From contig NW_008246163.1 in assembly GCF_000281045.1 (NCBI RefSeq), positions 1 to 34,096 on the forward strand: DNA of 34,096 bases, given 5' to 3'. Numbering within the stretch: position 1 is the first letter of the stretch; each line of letters starts with the position of its first letter. Origin of the DNA: Saprolegnia diclina VS20 (Eukaryota). A program made the translations under genes and the position numbers. The notes below the pieces were generated by a model. The model was not told where the DNA came from. It saw only the letters and a list, made by a program, of their open reading frames with translations, and ran no database searches. Shown one piece after another: positions 9,489 to 19,300 of this stretch.

Positions 9489-10687
9489 ATGCAGCGCCAC
9501 CTTGTTCGTCACGCAGCAGCGTCCATCGCGGCCATGACGATGGCCTTCTCCGTGGCCTCATGCCAGAAGGAGCGCGTCTACGAGAGCGGGTACGAAGCGC
9601 GTGCTTTGGGCGAAGCCGTTCATGCGTGTGTGGCAGCGAGGTCCTCGGGCGTGGCGTCAAGCTCGAGCTGTGGAAGGCCAAGGTACGTCGATCACCAGCG
9701 ACAGCCGCACGCTCACGCCGCTGTAGCACAAGAACGTCGAGGTGCTCGACCTCGAGAGCGAGACAATCCAGACGGGCATGACGCACCTGCGCGACTACGC
9801 CTCGTCGGGTACGCGTCCATCTGCCTCGTCTTCATGCAGCACTCATGCCAACGCAGGCGCCAAGTTTATGCACTGCGCCGACAAGCTTATTCGCAACGTG
9901 CTCGAGGCCGCGTTGACGCAGCTGCCCAACGATGAAGACGTACGACGACGATGTGTATGGGATCCTCATGCCAGGTTGCGTAGGCGGTGGTCACGACGCC
10001 CCTCGGGTACAAGGCCAAGGGCGTCGACTACGAAGACAACGTCAAGGTCTGCGGTATCGCGCTTTGCGACGACAAGCTGTGCACGGAGCGGTAGACATGT
10101 CGCTCGACCTTTGGGCGCCTGAAGCACGCTTTTCTGGTAGCCTTGAGCATCTGTTGGCGTCGACGCTTCCGTTCGACTCTACGATCGGTGCAATCAAGCT
10201 CCAGGACAATGCGATTGCAACGGCATCGCTGCCCGACGACCTTGAAGAGAGCTTTGTCGTGCTGCTGCACCCGGACTTTGCCTCGTTCGAGAACGTGCAG
10301 CCCGTCATCAAGGTACGTCCAGCGTCTATTGGCTTTTGAATAATCTCGTCCACGACCCTAGTTGCTGCTCAAGAAGGGCGTCGAGCCCGACCACATCCAA
10401 GTCGTTTCGCTTGTGACGTGCCCCGCGGCGGCCGACCAATTCTGCAAGGTGCGTACGCGTATGCCCACAGCCGCCGCTCACACGGGCGCTAGGTCTTCCC
10501 GGACGTCAATCTCGTCACAGCTTCGTACGACGCAGCGTCCGACAGCCAAGGCCGCATTGTGCCTGGCATTGGCAACTTTGAAGCGCGCTACATCGGAAAC
10601 GACGGCCCCGTCTCGGACGAGCCGCCGAGCGTCGACCCTGCGACCGAGGCCACCAGCGGTAGCAGCAGCTGGTGGCCCTTCAAGTAA
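9489..10687 (+). CDS. Uracil phosphoribosyltransferase-like protein, 8 exons, ~290 aa, degenerate active-site motifs
   Basis: Exons spliced by eye: 9489-9589, 9637-9682, 9727-9808, 9857-9939, 9984-10090, 10141-10312, 10362-10448, 10493-10687 (873 nt, frame intact). All introns are GT-AG and 44-50 nt. UPRTase-like segments: THLRD..S..KF..CADKLIRNVLEAALTQLP, VTTPLG, LPDDL, GVEPDHIQVVSLV, FPDVNLVTASYD, IVPGIGNFEARY. Confidence 0.85.
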
Positions 10688-10774
10688 ATCATTGCGTGCA
10701 TTGGAGAATAGAGCCATATCGGCCATGTCCTAACCGCGTGAATCGAGTCCGTTGGCGCGTATGCTGCTGACGCA

Positions 10775-10814
10775 GGGTGACTTCCTTTGGGTGCGGGTGA
10801 CTTCCTTTGGGTGC
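10775..10814. repeat. Perfect 20-bp tandem duplication
   Basis: GGGTGACTTCCTTTGGGTGC x2. Confidence 0.95.
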
Positions 10815-11045
10815 ACTCGACTTTGATGCTGACAACAACTACCGAGTACATATGGCCACACACTTGAAAGTAGGTTTAGTTGGCTCGTCCTAGCGAAAGT
10901 ACTTGCACAAAAATGTGTCGACTGGGGACGTCGAATTCGCAGGATGAGCAGATGCAACCATTTACAACTGACGATTCCACAGGTACCACAGCAATGGTGC
11001 ATCCAGGGCAGGAAGTGGCTTCTGAGTGGCTCTCGTGTGCCACCG

Positions 11046-11108
11046 AGAGAGCGAGATAGATCGATGATAGATTGATGGATAGCTAGTTAGATAGACATAG
11101 ATAGTAGT
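11046..11108. repeat. Degenerate GATA/GA low-complexity repeat
   Basis: gagagagcgagatagatcgatgatagattgatggatagctagttagatagacatagatagtag, downstream of the CHY gene. Confidence 0.5.
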
Positions 11109-11171
11109 ATGCTTGCGTTCATTAAGATGCCGTATCTTACATTTGTTTCAACGTCGTAGCCTCCTCGAGGA

Positions 11172-13376
11172 CTAGGCGCCATGTTGTTTCTCGAGCTTGC
11201 GTTCGCGGCGGAGTTTGCCTTCGAGGCCAACGCGCTTGCATTTTTGGCTCTGCGTTTTGGCGAGACCGCGGAACTTGTGCTTGTCCGTGGCTGCCATGGT
11301 GGCTTGGGACCGACAGCCCTTGCCGCCTTCCCAGTGGACCTTGATGGCCGCCGCGCCGACAGCGTTGCCGCACGGACACTCTTTGAGCGACGTCGGGTGC
11401 TCGCGCGAGCAGAGGCCGCAGATGAAGCGACTCGCAAAGACGCCGGCTGTCGCTTGGTGGCACGTCGACTCGCTATGGCAAATGTCGCACGCGTACGCAG
11501 TACCGCAGCACTGGAACCGGAACCAGCGCTTCGACTTGCCGTAATGACTGCACTTGCCTTCGTTTGGGAGCGGCTGACCGACGACGAAGACATTTTCGCT
11601 GGGCGTCTTGGTCTTCTTGGTCTTCTTCCCCATGTCAAACACCGGGACGTCGGGTGCGCTCGATGGCTTGCAGATCGTCGCGGCCTTGCACTCGAGCGCC
11701 ATCTTGGCGTGGCAGCCGCGGCACGACGCCTCGGCGCGGATACGGGGCACCGCCGACAAGAGACCTTCGACGCCGCAGCCGGAGCAGAGCGCTAGACACA
11801 CGAGCGGCGTGCTCACGTCGACGAGCGCGCAGTTGATGGACGAAATGTTGGCCGCGAGCGAGTTGGCGCCGTGCACGAGGATCGGCCGAAACTCGACAGT
11901 GTGAAGGAGGCTGCAGCGGGGGCACCACTTTTTGTACGACGGCGCGTCCAGCGAGAGCGTCGCGAGGAATGAAAGCGGGCAGTTGAGGCACTGGAACCGA
12001 CCGGAGATTGCGTGCAATTGCGCCGTGTCGATCTGGTACAGAAAGAGCGCGCCGAGGTCAATGTGCCAGGCCGAGACGTCAGGCACCAAATCCAGCTTGA
12101 CGCGCGCGTGCGCGGGCACAATGCGGGCGTCGCGCGTCTCGTCGTGCTTGGCAAGTTCTTCCTCGTCCTTGTCTTCGTCCATGTCGGACGCGGGGCGCTG
12201 CGACGGCGGTGGCGTCTCGACGCGCGAACTACTGGCTTTGACGAGCGCGGTGAGGTACTTGAAGCGCTTGACGCAGTCGCTGAGCGACTTGTGCGGCACG
12301 CAGGCAGCGATGGCTTCCCAGCGCGGCTTGGTGTCGAGGCATCCGACAGGGAATTGCTTGAGCGCGGCGTCGAGCGCGTGCTGCTGGTCGACCGACCAGT
12401 CTTCGGGTGATGGAGCCAGCATTTCGACTTGTTCGTCGTTGGAGTTTGCTGCGTTGTCTTCGCCTTCGTCCTCGGCGGCGTCTTCGGTAGAGAGGGGTGG
12501 GTGCGCGTACCGGCACTTGGCGCCGCGACGACATTTGCCATCGAGAAATTGCCGACAAATGGCCTTGGATGGACCGCGGCGCTTGCGCTTCTTCTTCTTC
12601 TTCTCCTCCAACGACGATGACGTGGCATCGACGTGTGCAAACTTGCAGTGGTCGCCACGCCGGCACTTGCCAGCAAGAAAAAACTTGCACATGGGCGTAC
12701 CGTCCACCTCGTCGTCGTCGCCAGTGCCCTTGGCGTCGGCATCGCTCTTGGCTTCGTCATCGTCGCCGTCATCGCTTTCGTCTTTGGCGTCATCGTCGCT
12801 ACTCTTGGCTTCATCATCGACACCCGTTTCGATGGCCCCATCGTGCTTGTCGTGCTTGTGCTCGGCGGCGTCGTTGGCATTGGCGACACGCGGCTTGGCG
12901 TTCATGTGCTCCGTCGCTGCCGTGACGATATCGGTCTCATCCATAGGAGTTTCTGCTTGGTCGTCAGCTACCTCTGCTGGCTTGGGCGGCATGATGAGCT
13001 CCTTCAAATGGTTGTCGAGCCACGTGAGGAGCTTGCGGAGGACGAGGTGGCCGACGCAGTCGGCCATGGCCGCATCGAGCGCCGATGCTATCCGCGCCGA
13101 GAAAAGCGCATCAAAGCCGGCGACGTCGCAGTGGACTCGGAACGTCGCGGCCTCGTGTGGGTACGCGGCCGGAATCGCGACCCAGATCGCGAGGCCGTTG
13201 GCGAGCGCGAATGGGAACTCGGGGTCGCTTGGGTGCAGGCGCAGCGCAAGCGTGCAGGGCACGACCACGTGCTCGGGCGTGCAGTCTTCTGGGCGTCCGT
13301 AGCGCCGAAGCACGGAGAAGAGCTCGCGCTCGACGTCCGACGTCAGCGACCGCAGAGTCTCGAGCCACGACGCCAT
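11172..13376 (-). CDS. Multi-domain zinc-finger protein: RWD-like N-terminus, 2x CCCH, SANT/Myb, CxxC ribbons, C-terminal CHY zinc finger (734 aa)
   Basis: PSDPEFPF...IPAAYP (RWD-like); CKFFLAGKCRRGDHCKFAH and CRQFLDGKCRRGAKCRYAH (CCCH); WSVDQQHALDAALKQFP...RWEAIAACVPHKSLSDCVKRFK (SANT); CSHY...RWFRFQCCG..YACDICH....H...ICGLCSREH...CPCG (CHY). Single uninterrupted ORF. Confidence 0.9.
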   Translation of the reverse strand: MASWLETLRSLTSDVERELFSVLRRYGRPEDCTPEHVVVPCTLALRLHPSDPEFPFALANGLAIWVAIPAAYPHEAATFRVHCDVAGFDALFSARIASALDAAMADCVGHLVLRKLLTWLDNHLKELIMPPKPAEVADDQAETPMDETDIVTAATEHMNAKPRVANANDAAEHKHDKHDGAIETGVDDEAKSSDDDAKDESDDGDDDEAKSDADAKGTGDDDEVDGTPMCKFFLAGKCRRGDHCKFAHVDATSSSLEEKKKKKRKRRGPSKAICRQFLDGKCRRGAKCRYAHPPLSTEDAAEDEGEDNAANSNDEQVEMLAPSPEDWSVDQQHALDAALKQFPVGCLDTKPRWEAIAACVPHKSLSDCVKRFKYLTALVKASSSRVETPPPSQRPASDMDEDKDEEELAKHDETRDARIVPAHARVKLDLVPDVSAWHIDLGALFLYQIDTAQLHAISGRFQCLNCPLSFLATLSLDAPSYKKWCPRCSLLHTVEFRPILVHGANSLAANISSINCALVDVSTPLVCLALCSGCGVEGLLSAVPRIRAEASCRGCHAKMALECKAATICKPSSAPDVPVFDMGKKTKKTKTPSENVFVVGQPLPNEGKCSHYGKSKRWFRFQCCGTAYACDICHSESTCHQATAGVFASRFICGLCSREHPTSLKECPCGNAVGAAAIKVHWEGGKGCRSQATMAATDKHKFRGLAKTQSQKCKRVGLEGKLRRERKLEKQHGA

Positions 13377-13829
13377 ATTTGTGAAAATGGCGTTTGGTTT
13401 GCGGAAAGTGCATTTTCACACTACTTATATGTCTCGTGCAATAGTGTGATTGCGGCGCGGAGCATGAATTGTGCAAGACATAGCGTGTACGGACATGGAC
13501 ACTCATCCACACGACTCATATTGCTATGTATGATGCCACGGAGGGTGTAGCCGCTGACAAACGCCACAGCCGTAGCAAAACGTGCCGCTGCGACCGCAAG
13601 CGAGGCCATGCCACTCAGACACTATTTAAAGTTGATACACTACTTTATTGCCATGATCCGAGTCGTGCAGCTTCAGCGAACGTTCGGCCGGCGTGAAGCC
13701 ATACCATCACTCTTGAAGTGGAGAGTGATGGTGGTAGCTTGGACCAAGCACGCAATCAGGAACGCAATAAGGTCTCCAGGACGCGCAGGCTTGCTGGCAT
13801 CTTTGGCGCTTGGGAAAGGTACATGAACG

Positions 13830-15860
13830 AATGGCGATCGAGCGCCGCGAGGTGGAGTTGCGCTTGCAGAATCGGCTGCCACGAAGACAACACGTTGTAT
13901 CTCTAGTCCGTGCCGCCCGTACCACCCTCTTCGCGCGTCTTTGCTTGCTAACGAAGTCGTCGTCATCGTTGACAAAGCCTACCGCTCAGAGGTCTGCGAT
14001 CGTTCGCGCTGCGTTTTGGCAAGTCGCAAACAAGTTCTTGTCCGACGACCAATGCGGCGTTCGAAGAAACGCCTGCAGGGCGCCGCACATGTGGCAACTA
14101 CACTGCGCCGCATTGAGCCCGTGGATCGTCGGCACGCCGCCTGGTGTCTTGGCCGCGGTGGCTTGAACGTCTGGGCGAGCAATGTCGACGAGTTGACCGC
14201 GCGCCGTAAACGGTAGCGTCGGCCACCGCCACGCAAACTCTGAGAGCAGCGGTACAAACACGGCTGCCGGTGACACGGCGACCTTACGGTACCTGCGGGC
14301 AGCCGTCTCGACCAGAGACCGGACTTGGCGCACGAGCGTCGGCGCCCGATGCGGCGCACACGTCGCGAAAAAGCTTGGCGCGTCCGCGAGAAGCGCTTCG
14401 CACACGGGGAAAAGCGTCGAATTCGGGTACAGCAGCGCGACGTCCGTGTGGCTATACTAGTGCGGCAAGAGGTGCTCAATCACTTTGCCGCGCTGCCTCC
14501 AGTCGGACACGCGGCAAAGGATGATCGCACAGTTACTAAGCGAGCGCCGCGCGACCAACCGTGTTGTGAGAAAGGTGCAGAGAGCTACGATGAGCGTGTA
14601 GTGGGGAAACCCCACCGCCGAGCGCAAGCTGCCAACATACGCGAGAAGTTTGTCGTCGTCAGCATTGGAATAGATTGCTTGTAAAAGAAGATGCCACTCA
14701 CTGCGTCGACCGAGTCTACGACGTTGCTGCGACGCGCCAACGATGCCAGCGCAAGCTCCGGGTACATGCTGCTAGCGAACTGCGGGTGTTACGCAGCGCA
14801 AAGCCGATGGCGGACGTAGCAATGTACGTCATGGCGATGTAGTCGTCTCGTATCGCGTTTAGGATTGATGCAAGACCAAACACGCGTTGATCGTGTTACG
14901 CGCGTTCGTGACGATCGAGCACGTAGGCACGTCGAGCGACTTAATCGTCTTGGGTTCGTAAAAGAGCGATGGCACGTCCTAGTGTTCGCAGATAATGCGG
15001 TTGATCGCACACTGGGTGCGGTCATGCGCCTCGGGATGTCCCAGCGTCGGGTAGACCGGGTTTTCGGCAACGCCGGCAAGACTCGCGAGAAGCTGAAATG
15101 GCAAATGTGCAGCGGCAGTGCGGTACGTCGCGGCTCTGCGTCGAAGAAGGACATGCACGGACGGCGCGAGCGCGTCGTAGCCAAACCGATCAATGCACGC
15201 ATACAACTTGAGCCTACAACTTGAGCCAGATACGTACGACCAAGCAAGCACGTTCTCGCCGCGTTCGCCGTCGCAGGGGTACTTGGTCCGAGTTTGTTTG
15301 CGGCCCGACCATGAGGACGCCTCGGCGAGACGCGTAGTGCGATACCCGAGCAGCGATGTTCCGGCGTCATTTTGCCGGACGGCTTCGACGTGGGCGACTG
15401 ATGTTGTGATGCCGACGAGACGCAGCCGGTAGGACTTTGGCCAAAAGGCGAGCATCGTATGCTTCCGACGTGGCGGGCGCAGGTTTGGCTCGCGATAGGC
15501 CGCATGTGATAACTCTTTCGCGCATTGGAGGGCCGTCTCGGGGATGTCGGCGCCGTCCAGAGCAATGACGGCGAACATGTGGCTAGCCTCCGAGGACGCA
15601 GTCGTAGCACCCCGACGCATCGAGAGCGCGAAAAAAGCCACGTCGACTTTGGCCTGGAAGTCGACTTGGTCAAACGCCACGTCATGCTTGAGACTGCAGA
15701 TAACGCGCCCCGCCGCCAAATACGAAACATCTGCATGGGCGCGCAAGAAGCCGAGAGCCTACGCTGCGCTGGGCGGCGCCGAGGCAAAGCTGCAGTCCGG
15801 CGTCTCCGTGTCGTTCACGCGGTGACCCCGGGTCCAGATCGGCATAATCTGAGCCAGCAT
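13830..15860 (-). pseudogene. Decayed, 5'-truncated member of the expanded oomycete 2OG-Fe(II) oxygenase-like family
   Basis: Family-like fragments on the minus strand: PIWTRGHRV (cf. PVTSGxR), RRKHTMLAFWPKSYR (cf. YRRAALVxWP), IDRFGYDAL..LLASLAG, and C-terminal CSCHMCGALQAFL. In-frame stops (e.g. TAG at ~15760, 14979, 13986) and frameshifts are present. Confidence 0.6.
15202..15227. repeat. Perfect 13-bp tandem duplication inside the pseudogene
   Basis: TACAACTTGAGCC x2; the length is not a multiple of 3. Confidence 0.95.
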
Positions 15861-16340
15861 TGCTCCTGCGTCGTTTGGTCCTTTGAGCTACGCAATGCAT
15901 GCATTACAAATGAATTGGAGGCGTTTGGAGCTGCCAAATCTTAATTTAACTCCAGTCCCCACAACGAGAGTTTTCTTTCGGCGCCAACGGCCGCGATGAC
16001 GCGACCGAAGACGATATAGCGGACAATGACGTGGACAATATGTCGTCTCGCGAGGTAATGCCGCCGTCTCCTTATTGGGATAGTTTAGGCTTGTCATGAC
16101 GGAAGCCGGCAAGCCATGCAAGTGCAAAAGCGTGCACGACCAAGAGAGTGACTGGCAGCCGAAACGTGCCTGCTGCACTTGGATTCGAGTGCGGTTGTGG
16201 TTGCCTCGCCATCCCATGTCCCTCGAGTTTCCAGCAGATTTTGCATTGTCGCGGCAAGTTCATTATATTGCAGTCGAATCGCATCGAGCAATTCTAGACG
16301 CCATCCTCAATAGGATGGTCGTCGAGCTCTCGTCTGAACC

Positions 16341-19300
16341 TCAAGCGCTGTCCAACAGACCTGCGCCATCGCTATGTGATCGCAGGTCACATAGCGATGC
16401 CGTCGTCATCGCGTTTTCTGCGATCTTGATCGCTCCTTGGTTGTCCGAGTACAAGAGCACCGGCAGGTCGCTGACGCCCAAGTCTCCAAGCAGGCCGATG
16501 AGCCACTTGGCTTCGCGCGCTGCTGCCGCCATGGCCACATACTCGGCAGCGCAAGTCGAGGTCGCCACAGTCGCCTGTCGTGTTGACTTCCATGCGATCG
16601 GGCCGCCGCAAGTGATCCACACTTGCCCCGAGATAGATAGTCGATCGGGTGGTGGCGCCCAGCTGGCATCGCAGTAGCCATGTAGATCGCTCGAGGCCTT
16701 CTGGCTGTACGTGATGCCCACGTCTTTTGTCGCCTTGAGATACCGGAACACGCGCTTGACCGCCTGGAGGTGGATCTGCTTGGGCGAGTTGAGGTAGCGC
16801 GACAGTCGCATCACGGTGTGTGCAATGTCCGGTCGCGTGCACGTCATGAGGTACACCAAGCTTCCAACCATCGCACGGTACGTCGCTTCATTGGCCGGAG
16901 ACGACTCGACGTCCCAATCTTGACCTTGCACTTCCGGCGTATCGACGCCGGCACAATCTTGCATCTTGAAGCGTTCGAGAATCTTGATGATGAACGACGT
17001 CTGCTTGAGCGTGAGCTCTGTCTCGTTGCGCACGACCTTGACACCCAAAATGTGTGCGACCGGTCCTTGGCGCTTGAGTTCGATCTCCTTCTCGAGGCTC
17101 ACAAAAATGTCGTTGATCTCCGCGTCCGTCTTGGCGCAGATGATAAAATCGTCGACATAGACGCACACAAACTGGAGCCATCCGTTGCGCTTGCGCACGT
17201 AGAGGCACGGATCGTACTCGCTACGACGGAAACCAATCTTCTGCAGTACCGTATCGCACATGCCGTTCCAATGGTACGCGCTCTGCTTGAGGCCGTAGAT
17301 CGCCATGAGAAGCAAAAGCTTGACAAGCGGGTCCTCGTCCTCGTAGCCCGGCGGCATGTCCATGATGAGGTCGACGTCTCCATCCAGCTTGCTCTGAAGG
17401 TACGCATTGACCGCGTCACCTTGGTGGATCGAGTAGCCCCAATGAAAACACAGCGCCATGATGAGGCGCAAAGTTGTCCACTTGACGACCGGCGCAAACG
17501 TCTCGTTGTAGTCGACACCATGACGTTGGGTAAAACCCTTGGCCACGAGACGCGCCTTGTATCGGATCACATTGCCGTCGCCATCGTACTTCTTGGCATA
17601 GACCCATCGACAGCCAATGGCCTTGGTGCCGCCCGCAGCACGAATCTTGCGCCACGTCTTGTTCTTGAGCAGCATCTTGAGCTCGGTGTGCTCCGCCTCG
17701 AGCCACTTGTCGCGGTCGGGGCTGGCCATTGCTTCTGCATGCGTATTCGGGATGTTGTCAAGAACGTTCTTCGCGATTTCGTCCTTGACGTTCAACAGCC
17801 GCTCGAAATGGCCTTCAAAATCACCCCCACGACCGTCACGGTCGTCGTCGTCCCCATCTTCGTCATCGCTGTCGCCGAGGTCGACTTCCGTCTCCGGGTG
17901 GCCGTCGTTCATGAAGCGGTCCTCAAAGAAACGGACCTCGGGTGTGATGACAATCTTGTTGGCCGCAATGTCGTAGAGCTCGTAGCCCTCCTGGTCGCTG
18001 GCGTAGCCAACGAAAACGACCTTGGACCCCTTGGGTTGGAGTTTGTTGCGCTTGCCCGGCTTCACTTTGAGGCGTACCGCCATGCACCCCCAGACGCGCC
18101 AGTTCTTGTAGTCCGGCTTGTGGCTGTCGCCGAACATGAGCTCGATCGGCGTCTTGAGGCCCGACGCCGAATTCACGATGCGGTTGAGTATGTAAACGGC
18201 CGTCTTGACCGCCTGACCCCACCATCGGCGTGACATTCCAGCGTGGAACATCATCGCGAGCGCCATCTCCATGATCGTGCGGTTGTAGCGCTCAGCCTTG
18301 CCGTTCTGCCACGGACAGTCCGAACTGGCCGTCTCGCGCTTGATGCCGGCTTTGGCGAGAAACTCGTCAAACTCGTCGTTGATGTACTCGCCTCCGAGAT
18401 CGGATCTGAGCAGCTTCATCTTGTTGCCTGTCTTCGTCTCGATAAAACTCTTGACCTTCTGGAAAGCTTTGAGGACTTGATCCTTGGTCTTGAGCAACTT
18501 CAAGATGGTAAAGCCCGTGTTGTTCTCGATGAACGTCACGAAGTACTTGTAGCCACCAATCGCTTCCGTCGCGAATGCGCCCTTGACGTCCGTGTGCCAC
18601 AGCTCGCCCAGCTCCCATGATCGAGAGCTCTTCTTTGGGTGCGGTTGTCTGTGCATCTTGGCCTCGATGCACCCGTCGCACAGCTTGGACATCTTGCTGT
18701 CGAGTTGCTCCGGCAGTCCTTCGTGCTCCTTGCTGCACTTGATCATCGTCTCCACGGGAATGTGCCCCATGCGCTGGTGTTGAAGCTTTGTTGTCGACTC
18801 GACCGTCGCGTTCGCCTTCTCATCTGGCACGTCCTTGAAGACATAAAGTCCCGAGACTTCATCATACTCGGCCGACACCAGCGTCTCGCCCTTGAACGTG
18901 AGCGAGCACATGCGGTCGTGAAAGTTGATTCCAACCTCCGACCGGTTGACACAGATCTTGGCAATCGAGATGAGCGTCATCATGAGACCCGGCACGAAAA
19001 GAACGTCGGTGAGCGTGACCTGGCTCCCGATCTTCATCTTGCCAATGCCCACGGCCTTGAGCGTATGGCCGCTGGCCACTTCAACCGTGCGGTTGCACGG
19101 CACCATGTCGAATAGTAGGCTCGCATCGCCCGTCATGCTGCTCGTTGCGCCCGAGTCGATCGCCTTGATCAATTTCTGCGCCGTCATGGCGCTGCAGGCT
19201 ACGTCGAGCTTGACCGTGCAAACCCCATCAATGCTGAAGACGTCGAGCACACGCTGCTGTTGCTCCTTGAACTTCTTCTTCGACTTCTCGGCCACATCGC

